Assembly: GCA_043228905.1 (NCBI GenBank)
Contig: JBHGNT010000001.1
Location: 25,730,001-25,794,000 of the forward strand
Direction of reading: 5' to 3'
Source of the DNA: Azolla caroliniana
Taxonomy: Eukaryota; Plantae; Polypodiophyta
Length of the DNA stretch: 64,000 bases
The position numbers and the translations under genes are program-made. Positions 1-10,800 of the stretch are shown here, one piece after another; positions within the stretch are counted from its first letter, which is position 1, and each line of letters starts with the position of its first letter. The notes beneath the pieces were generated by a model, which searched no databases, was not told the origin of the DNA, and worked only from the letters and a program-made list of their open reading frames with translations.

Positions 1-250
1 GTTCTAGCCGAAAGCCGATCGGACGAGATTGATCCGGACAAAAGTTAATCCGGCTCAACCGAAGGTCGAAGGTCAAGGCCGGTTAACACGAGGAAAAGGA
101 AGCCAACCAAAACCAAAACCGAATCGGAAGGGGGCCGACTCGGTCAAAACCGATCGACCGAGTCCGATTCGGCCAAACGCGAATACGAATTCGATCGGAA
201 GCCGATCCAACCAAAAGCTTATCGGACCAAAAGCCGACACAAACACACGC

Positions 251-992
251 TGTCGTGCCTTTCGGCTCCGGATCGTTTGCGTGAGTCGGGTGGGAACCAC
301 CGGGGTTTTGGACTAGGAGGAGGAAGAATTTGAGACTATTATAATTATGAGTAGATTATTAGAAACTTGTGAATCCCACAAGTATAATGTATTTTATTGA
401 TTAATATTTATGTAAGAATATGTATTTAGATTGATAGAGAAAGATATAGAAATCTCGTGAATCCCACAAGTATAGATTATATTATTTTCGTGAATCCCAC
501 GATTATATTAATTGGTGTTTTAGGAAATATATCCAATTTCCCAAATATTTTTCACACAATTACATTGTGCTTCCCATCCTTATGTAGTGATGAGGAAGTC
601 TTAGTAATCCATGCTTTTTCTCTAACTATAGACCCCATGCTTTTCCTATAGATAGACTATATGCTTTATCTAAAGTGATCATGCTTTTTTCTAACTTGTG
701 CGTTTTTTATCATGCACGCTAGATGTGTATGTGTAGCTTTTTCTTTTGTTATGCGTTTTTCTAATGTTTATCCTAGCGTGAATTTACCTTTCTATGTGGG
801 ACATCTATGCTTTAACACTAATGAAATGCTAGTGTAATGGTAAGACATTACATTATTAACATGGAGGTGCAAGGTTCGAATCTTGCCCTATGCATGTTCC
901 ATTTATTTTGCTATTTTCTTCTATTTCTTCATTTTTTATTGAATCTAATACTATATACGTTTTTCACGTAGTGTACAAAATACACTACGACA
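251..992 (-). repeat. 3' LTR of gag-only element
   Basis: Direct repeat of 3054-3795; TG...CA termini; adjacent PPT. Confidence 0.95.
823..894 (+). promoter_or_regulatory. tRNA-like Pol III cassette (A-box/B-box) inside LTR
   Basis: A-box TAGTGTAATGG 830-840, D-stem GTGT/ACAT, B-box GGTTCGAATCT 873-883 inside a GCAAG/CTTGC stem; 43-nt A-B spacing; acceptor stem does not pair. Confidence 0.7.
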
Positions 993-993
993 C

Positions 994-3015
994 TCACCCC
1001 CTCCAAACCCGCACATCCTCCGGTATGTGCCGAAGTTGTTGGTGTTTGTTAGTCTCCTCCGTCCGGTCTCTACCCGATTGGTTTCGTTGCCGGCTCGTAG
1101 TACCCTCGACTTCTCTTGTTATGTTGACTTTGTCTCTCCATTTGGAGCACATCCATTCTTTCCACCCGAACCATTGTCGACATCCGATCCACCATAGTCT
1201 TCGTTCGCTTTTTGCATGGCCCGCTTGGTCCTTGTCATCCGCGGTAGTATCTTTTCTTGCCCTCTTTCTTTTCTTCATCAATCTCGACTTCTTTTCGGAT
1301 TTTCGGTTTAGTCGGATTAGCTTACTTCCGATTCGGTCTCGTCGGATCGTCTTTCGTTTAGTTCGGCTTCCTTTCCGATTTGTATTCGGTCGATCCGGAC
1401 TCGGTTGATCGGTTTTTACCGATTCAGTGCTCTTTCGGGTCGGTTTCTTTTCTTTTCTTTTCGTCCGGATTTGCTTTCTTTTCTTCGTTTTCACCTGCCT
1501 TGTCCGGTTCGACTTTCGGCACTTCTTTCCGTTGTTCGCTACGTAGGTCCTCCGATATGTGCTCGTTGTTCGGTCCTCGTGTGGTTGTAATGCATGCTTC
1601 TTTTCTCGCCGTAGCGCGTGCTTCTTTATTCGCCATAACACGCGTTTCTTTATTCGCCGTAGAGCGTGCTCTGTATTACGCGCTTCTCCCGTCGTAGACC
1701 CGACCTCCGCATTGTCGCACTTTCTTTTAGATTGGAATTTCGGATGGATCATTTTCCATCCGAACCGACTTCCGACTTTACCTTCCTCGCCGCCATCTCC
1801 CGTCTCTCCGGTCTCACGTTGGTTCTCGGACACAACCGCCGAAGTCTCTAGATATTGTTGGCATGAATCCTCGGTATTACCTTCTTTCGTAGTTTCACCC
1901 TTAGCATTCTTCTCGGCTATCTCTTCATCGTATTCGTCGGCTTCGACATTCGTTTTCTCTCCGCCACCTTCCGTCTCTTCGGTCTCACGTTGCCTTTCGA
2001 TCGCAACCGACGGAGTCTCTAGAATCAGTGGTGGGGAAGTCTCAATATGGCAATCCGCCATTGATTCGTCCATAGCCACCTCCGATTCGATTTCGTCTTT
2101 TGTGGCTACCTCCTTAATCACATCCGCTTCACACTCTTTATCTGCATCAATTATGCAAACATCTATTATGCTTACCCCTTTTTGACCCGATGTCTCGGGC
2201 ACTTGTATCCCGAAATTTCCTTCTACACTTGAATTATCGGCCTTATCCTTCGCCATCGTTCTTTCACAAGACGAGTGGGTGTCTTGTTCCACTCTTTCTC
2301 CCGTGGTACCATCATGTTGTATTTCGGCCTTCATATTGGCTTCATCGTTTTTCCTCAATCGACCATCCTTCATGGGCCATGTCGTTGTTGACGAGATTCT
2401 CAGCTTCCTTTCATCATGTCTTTGGCATACCCTTTCGACTTTAGCCCAATCCTCGGTAAGGCCGTTCGCACCGTCATCATCTTCGAGTTCGATCCCAATG
2501 TCCATCCTTTCTTTCCGATCGATCGATCTTACGAACATTAAGACTTTATCTTCTCCCACCAATCTTCGTTCCCGCTCCGAGAGTCGAGCAAAACGATGCT
2601 CGAACTCTAGGAACGCTTGCGTTGCACTTCGGTGAGTCTTCTCCGACGCCACCCATTCATCGAACTCTCGCCAATCTCGTCCCTTCGGTCTATCGTAATC
2701 ATATGCCTCTCGTAAAGCTTCTTCGAATGACCCCCATGTCGAGTTTTGTTGTTGTATCTTGTGGATTCTCCCTTGAAGCCCGTCGGTCGCCACCCGGTTA
2801 AAGGATGTCACTTGCAGTCCTTCCGAAGCCCGGCACCGGAGCATCTCCGCCTTGTAGTCCTGCAAATATCGCGACACATCCTTACCATTAAATTCCCCGT
2901 TTCGTCGCAGAAGCCGCTCTACTGCCGCCTTCATCTCCGACATCGCACGTTGTTCTTGTAGCATTCTCTCGAACATCATCATCATCATGTTCATCGCCTC
3001 TTGTTGATTCTCCAT
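994..3015 (-). CDS. Retrotransposon Gag-like protein (~673 aa) with acidic then highly basic C-terminal extension
   Basis: Uninterrupted ORF (first ATG 3015; ORF track starts at GTG 3036); N-terminal Ty3/Gypsy capsid-like FNGKDVSRYL...TWGSFEEALREAY; stop lies in the PPT. Confidence 0.8.
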   Translation of the reverse strand: MENQQEAMNMMMMMFERMLQEQRAMSEMKAAVERLLRRNGEFNGKDVSRYLQDYKAEMLRCRASEGLQVTSFNRVATDGLQGRIHKIQQQNSTWGSFEEALREAYDYDRPKGRDWREFDEWVASEKTHRSATQAFLEFEHRFARLSERERRLVGEDKVLMFVRSIDRKERMDIGIELEDDDGANGLTEDWAKVERVCQRHDERKLRISSTTTWPMKDGRLRKNDEANMKAEIQHDGTTGERVEQDTHSSCERTMAKDKADNSSVEGNFGIQVPETSGQKGVSIIDVCIIDADKECEADVIKEVATKDEIESEVAMDESMADCHIETSPPLILETPSVAIERQRETEETEGGGEKTNVEADEYDEEIAEKNAKGETTKEGNTEDSCQQYLETSAVVSENQRETGETGDGGEEGKVGSRFGWKMIHPKFQSKRKCDNAEVGSTTGEARNTEHALRRIKKRVLWRIKKHALRREKKHALQPHEDRTTSTYRRTYVANNGKKCRKSNRTRQVKTKKRKQIRTKRKEKKPTRKSTESVKTDQPSPDRPNTNRKGSRTKRKTIRRDRIGSKLIRLNRKSEKKSRLMKKRKRARKDTTADDKDQAGHAKSERRLWWIGCRQWFGWKEWMCSKWRDKVNITREVEGTTSRQRNQSGRDRTEETNKHQQLRHIPEDVRVWRG

Positions 3016-3031
3016 CTCCTTGCCACCCGCC

Positions 3032-3049
3032 TTCACGTCGGGTTCACCA
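3032..3049 (-). promoter_or_regulatory. Primer binding site complementary to tRNA-Trp
   Basis: Plus strand TTCACGTCGGGTTCACCA matches the 3' 18 nt of plant cytosolic tRNA-Trp(CCA) as recalled; lies 4 nt from the 5' LTR. Confidence 0.85.
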
Positions 3050-3053
3050 ACTG

Positions 3054-3795
3054 TGTCGTGCCTTTCGGCTCCGGATCGTTTGCGTGAGTCGGGTGGGAAC
3101 CACCGGGGTTTTGGACTAGGAGGAGGAAGAATTTGAGACTATTATAATTATGAGTAGATTATTAGAAACTTGTGAATCCCACAAGTATAATGTATTTTAT
3201 TGATTAATATTTATGTAAGAATATGTATTTAGATTGATAGAGAAAGATATAGAAATCTCGTGAATCCCACAAGTATAGATTATATTATTTTCGTGAATCC
3301 CACGATTATATTAATTGGTGTTTTAGGAAATATATCCAATTTCCCAAATATTTTTCACACAATTACATTGTGCTTCCCATCCTTATGTAGTGATGAGGAA
3401 GTCTTAGTAATCCATGCTTTTTCTCTAACTATAGACCCCATGCTTTTCCTATAGATAGACTATATGCTTTATCTAAAGTGATCATGCTTTTTTCTAACTT
3501 GTGCGTTTTTTATCATGCACGCTAGATGTGTATGTGTAGCTTTTTCTTTTGTTATGCGTTTTTCTAATGTTTATCCTAGCGTGAATTTACCTTTCTATGT
3601 GGGACATCTATGCTTTAACACTAATGAAATGCTAGTGTAATGGTAAGACATTACATTATTAACATGGAGGTGCAAGGTTTGAATCTTGCCCTATGCATGT
3701 TCCATTTATTTTGCTATTTTCTTCTATTTCTTCATTTTTTATTGAATCTAATACTATATACGTTTTTCACGTAGTGTACAAAATACACTACGACA
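3054..3795 (-). repeat. 5' LTR of gag-only element
   Basis: Direct repeat of 251-992; followed on the minus strand by the PBS. Confidence 0.95.
3626..3697 (+). promoter_or_regulatory. tRNA-like Pol III cassette, second LTR copy (B-box C>T)
   Basis: Same as 823-894 except GGTTTGAATC (T3680 versus C877). Confidence 0.65.
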
Positions 3796-4468
3796 ACGCA
3801 AGAATGCTCGTACGCCTTTATGAGGAGGAGAGGTGCATAGGCACGCCCGAAACGCTCCCTCGTCACAAGACGGCCGAACATACAAGTGGACGAGAACAAA
3901 GAAAGAAAGAAAGAAAGAAAGAAAAACACGAATGATATTGACTAAAGAAATAAATACTTGTTCGATTCCAACACAAGAGGACCCTTTATAAAATAGGGTT
4001 TGATTACAATGTGGCAACTTCTAGTTAACCACAAGCTCAACAAAACATAAATACTAAATGCCCTTAGAGACAAGAGAAAATCTGAATGCGACGAAGATGA
4101 ACACACGAGCACCACAAAAATGCCAACCCCAATGAACCACGACCACCCGAACGGTAAGCACACGGGCTCGCAATGACGAACGGGGTGAAGCAACATCAAA
4201 CCAACGAAGCTCGGGCTCACGAGCACTTCGAGTGCCAACGCGAAGAAGATGAGCACGTGGCGATGAGGGGATGAAGGGGTATGAGATGAAGAGAAGTGGT
4301 GAAGAAGAAGATGAAGAGCTTCGAAGGAAAAATGGCGATAGTCTCCTCCTCCCAAAATGTCCTCCTAAATGAGCCCCCCTCGACCTCCTTTTATAGGAAA
4401 AAAAGAAGGGGGTTCGCCAATTTTGTCTTCAACGCAAAAGGAATAAAATTCCTTATGTCACGCTACAT

Positions 4469-4538
4469 TGTAAGACCGGATTTGAACCGCGCACCTCTAG
4501 CTAGAAGTCAATGTGATTATCCACTAATCCATTAACTC
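4469..4538 (-). pseudogene. tRNA-derived sequence (tRNA-Arg(UCU)-like) just upstream of the LINE
   Basis: Minus strand TGGATTAGTGGATAATCACATTGACTTCTAGCTAGAGGTGCGCGGTTCAAATCCGG: perfect D-stem GATT/AATC, CTTCTA anticodon loop, B-box GGTTCAAATCC (4478-4488); acceptor and anticodon stems broken. Confidence 0.7.
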
Positions 4539-4596
4539 TCTCTTATATAATATATAATTCTATCTCTACAAATTCAGAGCTTGTCTCCCCTCTACT

Positions 4597-4599
<3 letters not shown>

Positions 4600-4644
<45 letters not shown>
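4600..4644 (+). repeat. (CT)n microsatellite
   Basis: Pure dinucleotide run. Confidence 0.95.
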
Positions 4645-4650
<6 letters not shown>

Positions 4651-5000
4651 AACGGCTCTTTCTGGTGCTGTTGTCGTCGTCGTCTGTTGTTGCCGTCATC
4701 TGACGACTGCCGCCGTCTGCTGTTGTTGTTGCTGTCGTCGTCGTCTGCTACCGTCGTCGTCGTCGTCGTCTTCATCGCCCTCGCCCTCGCCCTCAGTGTC
4801 GTGGCGTGTTTCTTCTCTTTCTTTTCTTGATGTTATCGAGTGCCGTTTTTCTTGGCGCGTCCGTGGGTGGATTCTTTTGGCGTGCTCATCTCATGCTACA
4901 TCGTCGCGTGCAAAATGCCAATGTGATTGCGACATACACACAAACTCAACTAAGTCTCGAACCCATTTATTTTATCTTTTTTTTTCTTATTGACACTACA

Positions 5001-5812
5001 ATGACGTCTAAATGAACTAAGGAATATAAGGATACACAAGACAAGGGTATAAGTAAGGAGGACTTTTTAGATATGTTTAATCGTTTAATAAAAATAGAAA
5101 TGGATATGAAAAAATGGGTGAAAGAAGCCGAAACCAACAAGAAAAAAGATAGAGAGGAAAAAGACGCCCTCAAGGCCGAAATAGAAAAACTTAAAGTGGA
5201 AAACACCAACCTTAAAAAACAACTTAATGACATCGAGGTATCTTGAGAGGACGGTGAAATATCCTCCATAGAGGATATAAAGGACAAGATTAAAAAGTTA
5301 AAGAGGAAGTTAAAAATAACATAGAGTTAGCTAAAACAGGTTGGGTAGACGTAGTTAAAAGAAACATTAAAAAAGAAATAAAAGATGAAAATATTGTTAA
5401 TACCACCCTTGAAGAAGAGAAAATGCGTCAAGCCCGACGCTTAAATGTACGTGTCACTGGGCTCAAGGAAGTTGCATCCCTAGATGAGGATGCACAAACA
5501 CTTGGGAAAATGTGAGGGTACACAAAGGCCCTACTTATCACCAAAGCATGGAGGGCTAGACGTGACACAACAAGGAAGAGAGCCTTAGTCCTTCAATTTA
5601 AAGACTTAGACTCTAGAATCACTTTCTTTAAGAAGAGACCAATTCTTCGAGGATTGGGTGGGGACCCTATCTATCTCGATGAAGACCTCACTAAGATGCA
5701 AATTGAGCATCGCAAGAGTTGTATGCCACAAGTTATGCAAGCTCATAAAGAAGGGCATCGCGCCTTTTACCAAGACGAGCGAGTGATCATAAATGATCGC
5801 ACTACTAATTGA
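5001..5812 (+). pseudogene. LINE ORF1 remnant (coiled coil plus C-terminal domain)
   Basis: Translates with stops and frameshifts to an E/K-rich coiled coil then LVLQFKD...PIYLDEDLT, typical of non-LTR ORF1. Confidence 0.7.
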
Positions 5813-7240
5813 CGGCATGTGGCCCATGTGACAGAAAATGCACTTAGTGTTACCCGTAAAAATATACGGGGAGGCATAAGGGTAGGTGTAATGATGTGGT
5901 TGATGTGTATGTGTAAAGTAAATGAGTGTGTGAGTATGTGTATGGACACATGCACAATTATGTGCATGTGTACAAGAATGCGTAACGGTCTTATTTATAA
6001 CGATAATGTAACCGTTACATTGGATGTATTATATAAACCCCTTATGGGCATGTAATGATATACATTTTTCCCCTCTTATTTTTGTGTCATTTTGTATTTT
6101 CACTTTCCTTCTCTCTCTCTCTCTATCGTAACCCCCTTGGGAGGGGGGTGAAGCCATTCTAAGCTTCACCCCCCACCCCAACAACACTTAGGATGACCTT
6201 ATGGAATTGTAACGGCGCACTCTAGACACACCCCAGCCGCCTAGAGGAGATATTAAAGGTATCAGATATACTTTTCTTGGTAGAAACACACCAAAGCCCA
6301 AATAGAGGACTCCCACAGGTTGAAGGATTTCGTTGGGAGTCCGCTTTTAGACAAACCTCACGTCGACACACTACCAGGGGATCTAGAGGTGTCGCGATAT
6401 TGTTTCGTAGAGAGCTACATAATAGGATAGAAATACTGAGGACAGACCCAGAAGCTCGTTTTATGTGGGTGAAAGTCTCCACAAGCAAGGACCAGGCAGT
6501 ATTTTTCGCCATTTGTTACTTTCCCCCAAAAGGACCCCGTTATAATATTGCTGGCTTGGCGAGATTAGTCGATGAAGGAATGCCACATGGGCCTTCCCCA
6601 TACGAACCTTTATCGGATGACATAATCCGATATTCTTCCCAAGGAGAAGTATTCCTTGTAGGAGACTTCAATGCGAGAACCCAATTCCGACAATGCACAG
6701 TATTTCAGATGAATAGAAACCTAGAAACGGTAAATGTCGATTGTTTAGACATAGGCACCATACGTACATCAAAGGATCAAGGTGCAGACGCCACGAGCTT
6801 CGGCCATCATCTGCTCGAACTTGGCAGTCGGCACCAGATGGTCATATATAATGGTTTAGCCAAGTGGTCGAGCTCGGAAGAGCTCACATGTTTCCCACAT
6901 GGAGTAGGGGAAAGCACAGTTGATTATCTAATAGGACGCCTTGAAGCTACCCACATGATTAACTCCTTCCGGGTGGCCCTATGCCCTATTGGCGCAGACC
7001 ATAGTTTCTTATACTTCGAGCTAAAATGTGATATCTCTAAGGTCACCAACTCTAGTCAACCACGTCATCACACCACAATACATTTCACACATGAGCTCTC
7101 TGACATATACTCTCAACATGTTCAGGCCCATCTGTCCTCCCTTGATCCCTCCCTACCTTTAGAAAGCCTTAGTACGAAATTCACACACATCCTTCACTCC
7201 GCAGCAACTAGCAGTTTCCCATATACAAAATACTCAAATC

Positions 7241-7822
7241 TGTTGGGATTACGGTCCCTTCGCATGGGATGGTCGGATATCGGAGATGAATGCCGACAAG
7301 CCCGGTTCCGGTTTCAGTACCGGATGACGAATGTACCCGGAGAGCGATTCGGATGCAGGGACATACCCGTAATATGTTCGCTATGGGCCCCTGAGGCTAT
7401 AGTTGTAAATAGCCCAAAGTCATATAAGTATAAATATGACTTAGGGCAAACCTGTTTTATGTTGCTTCTTATTTTTCTGTTTTCCCACTTGTGAGGAGAC
7501 AGAGAGAGCAGCCGTGAGAGAGAGATATAGAGCGCGAGAGAGAGAGAGGAAGAGGTAGACGCCTCTGTGTATTTCCGCCGCCTGTGGCGAGAACAGTGAG
7601 CTCAAGGTCGTTGCCTTGCAGCTCGCCATTGTATATTTCTCTGTGCATAGTTTGGTTTGGAGTCTCGCACTCCCGTGGTTTTTTTTTCCCGTATAGGGTT
7701 TTCCACGTTAATCCCTGTGTATCGTGTCTTTCTCTGTATTTCCTATTTTCTGCTGCATTGATCCGCGATTAATCGGTTGTGGCCGAGAGGCGAAGGTGAA
7801 TTCAAGCGTTGATTTCCTTACA
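7241..7822 (+). repeat. Copia 5' LTR
   Basis: TGTTGG...TTACA; differs from the 3' LTR by one visible substitution and one T in a poly-T run. Confidence 0.97.
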
Positions 7823-7851
7823 AACTGGTATCAGAGCGACTGTTGCAGAAA

Positions 7852-10800
7852 ATGGAAGGCGGCGGCAGCGGGCAGCCGATGATGATGGTGCTGAATGCAC
7901 AGAATTACGCCGACTGGAAGATCAAGATGGAGGACCTTCTGATTGTTCGGGACCTGTACGAACCGATTGACAGGTCGGAAATACCGAAAGGGGTACTTGA
8001 GTCGGAGTGGAAGCTCCTGAACCGGAAAGCCGTAGCGACAATCCGACAATACGTCGACGTGAGCGTCCTACAACATGTGGCGAACGACACCAACGCATAT
8101 GAGATGTGGAAGAAGCTGTCGGGCCTCTACGAGAGGAAGAATGCGTTGAACCGGACCTCCCTGATGAGGAAGATAGTGAATCTCAAGTACCGGGACGGCG
8201 AGAGTATGGTGGAACACGTAAGCACGTTCATGGGATTCGTGAATCAGCTTGCGGCGATCAAGTTCCCGTTGGAGGATGCAATGCAAGCCATCATCCTGAT
8301 GTGCACATTGCCGGAAAGCTGGGAGAACTTGGTGGTGACTCTCAGCACCTCGTGCACCGAAGATAACTTGTCCTTACAAACGGTAAAGACAAGTATTCTG
8401 AATGAAGAAGCGCGTCGGAGAGATAAGGAACCGGCCTCCGACTCGAAGGCGCTGCTTACCGAATCGGATCGGGGAAGACAATGGAACCGGAGTCCGCAAA
8501 GACGGGAGAAGTCGGGGACCCGGTCGCAGTCAAGAGGAAGACCCACATGCTTCCACTGTGGGAAGCCGGGGCACTTCCGAAAGAATTGTCGGCATTACCG
8601 AAAAGACAACGGAGTCGACGACACCGACTCGAAGAAGTCACCGGAGAGAAACGGTGCATACCGGGGAGCCACGGACCGGAGAGGTTCGGATCGGCGAGGG
8701 CAGGACCGGAAAGGAACAACGGCACTCGCGGCAAGTGAGGAAGAAATCATGCTCATCACCGAAGAAGGTGAGCTAAACGTTGCCGGCGATGAGACGACCT
8801 GGGTGGTTGATTCCGGAGCATCGTTCCACCTGACCCCGGAGAGAAGATACTTCTCATCCTACACAGCCGGTGAGCATGGCTGTGTTCGGATGGGAAATGA
8901 AGGTACGTGCCGGATTGCCGGCATAGGAGACGTGTGGTTGACAACCCCGACCGGATGCAAAATGCTGCTGAAGGATGTCCGACACGTTCCGGAGGTTCGA
9001 TTGAACCTGATTTCGGCCGGGAGGCTAGACGATGAAGGCTACACAGGTAGCATCCGGAACGGTGTCATGAAGTTCAGCAAAGGGAGCCTGATAGTGGCTC
9101 GGGCCCGGAAAGACAACACACTGTACCTGATGAATGCCCGGTTATGTCCGGAAGAGTTGAATGTGGCAGCCGACACTGCCGGTGAGCTGTGGCACAAGAG
9201 ATTGTGCCACATGAGTGAGAAGGGGATGAAGAGGCTTGCAGAAGACAACCTTATCCCAGTGAAGCATGTGCACCTGGAGAAGTGCACTGATTGCCTGGCC
9301 GGTAAGCAGAACCGAACCTCCTTCCACTCAAGGCCACCGACGAGACGTAGTGCACCATTGGAGTTGGTGCACACCGATGTGTGTCAGGTAGAAACGAAGT
9401 CACATGGCGGAGCTCAGTACTTCGTAACTTTCATAGATGATCATAGCCGAAGACTGTGGACGGCACCGTTGAAGACAAAGGACCAAGTGTTGTGCGTCTT
9501 CAAAGAACTCCACGCGAGAGTGGAAAGGGAATCCGGCAAGAAGCTGAAAGCGATACGAGCGGATAACGGAGGGGAATACCGGGGGCAGTTCCAGGAGTAC
9601 TGTCGCTCGAAGGGAATCCGGCTCGAGTTTACTGTGCCGAAGACGCCGGAACTGAACGGGCTGGCCGAGAGGATGAACCGGACCATAATGGAGAGGGTCC
9701 GGAGTATGCTGGCGCATGCGAAATTACCCAAGGGGTTTTGGGCTGAGGCAATGTCGACGGCGACATATGTGATAAACAGATCACCCTCAGTACCTTTGGA
9801 CGGAGACATGCCGCAGAAAGTGTGGACCGGTAAGGAAGTGTCCTACCGGCATCTGAAGGTGTTCGGGTGTCTCGCATACGTGCACGTGGCAAAGGACCGG
9901 AGAGGAAAGCTAGATCCAAAGACCCGGCCATGCATATTCCTCGGTTACGGCGATGACGAGTTCGGCTACCGAGTATGGGACCCGGTCGACAAGAAGATAT
10001 TCAGGAGTCGAGACATCATCTTCATGGAGGACAAGACACTCGCCGACTGGGAGTCGGAGAAGAAGGTAAAAAGCTCCAAGTCGACCGGTGAGGATCAACT
10101 CTACAAGGAGCAGTCCCGACCGGCAAGGGACCGGTTAGCACTCGAGGATCCGGCCAAAGACGGTGAAGAAACAGAACCGGCCGAAGAAGATGAAAACGAT
10201 ACCGGAACCGGCCCCGATCCCGAAATGGATTCGGATGAAGAAGAAGAATCGGAAGAACCGGTTACCGAAGCTCCCGAACGGAGATATCCTCTAAGAGAGA
10301 GAAGGGCCCCCCGGAGATTTCCGGAACCAGAGCACGTGCTGCTAACCGACGAGGGGGAGCCGGAGAGCTTTGAAGAAGCAAAGCATAACACCCAGAGCCG
10401 CAGGTGGTTGAGTGCCATGCAGGACGAGATGGATTCCCTGCATGAGAACCACACATATGAACTTGTGGAGTTGCCGAAAGGAAAGCGGGCACTTCGAAAC
10501 AAGTGGGTGTTCAAGCTGAAACCGGGAGATGCCGGAAACCCCCCGAGATACAAAGCCAGGATCGTGGTGAAGGGGTTTCAGCAGAAGAAGGGCGTCGACT
10601 TCGACGAGATATTTGCCCCGGTAGTGAAGATGACCTCCATCCGGACGGTGCTGAGCATAGCGGCAAGCATGGACCTCGAGGTAGAACAGATGGACGTGAA
10701 GACGGCATTCCTTCACGGTGACCTCGATGAAGAGATCTACATGCAGCAACCGGAAGGATTCGAGAAGAAAGGGAAGGAGCACCTGGTATGCCGGTTGAAG

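Larger units (their letters stand above)
251..3795 (-). mobile_element. Young non-autonomous gag-only LTR retrotransposon (TR-GAG-like, Gypsy-type gag, tRNA-Trp primed)
   Basis: Two 742-bp LTRs (251-992, 3054-3795) with TGTCGT...ACGACA ends and one visible mismatch; 4-bp TSD ACGC (247-250, 3796-3799); tRNA-Trp PBS at 3032-3049; purine tract GGAGGGGGTGAG (minus, 993-1004) next to the 3' LTR; single ORF without PR/RT/IN motifs. Confidence 0.93.

Noticed and set aside
823-894. Functional tRNA gene (also 4469-4538 and 60733-60803)
   Set aside because: Acceptor and anticodon stems do not pair; only promoter boxes and partial arms remain
1559-2635. Plus-strand ORFs opposite gag, and similar shadow ORFs within the Copia elements
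   Set aside because: Antisense shadows of biased coding sequence with no recognisable motifs
3796-4468. Definable host element around the gag-only insertion and the LINE
   Set aside because: TG/CA-like end at ~3867 and a TATA-like motif at ~4390 are present, but no matching partner end or TSD could be established
6277-7494. Stand-alone 405-aa endonuclease gene
   Set aside because: It is LINE ORF2 reading into the Copia LTR after 7240
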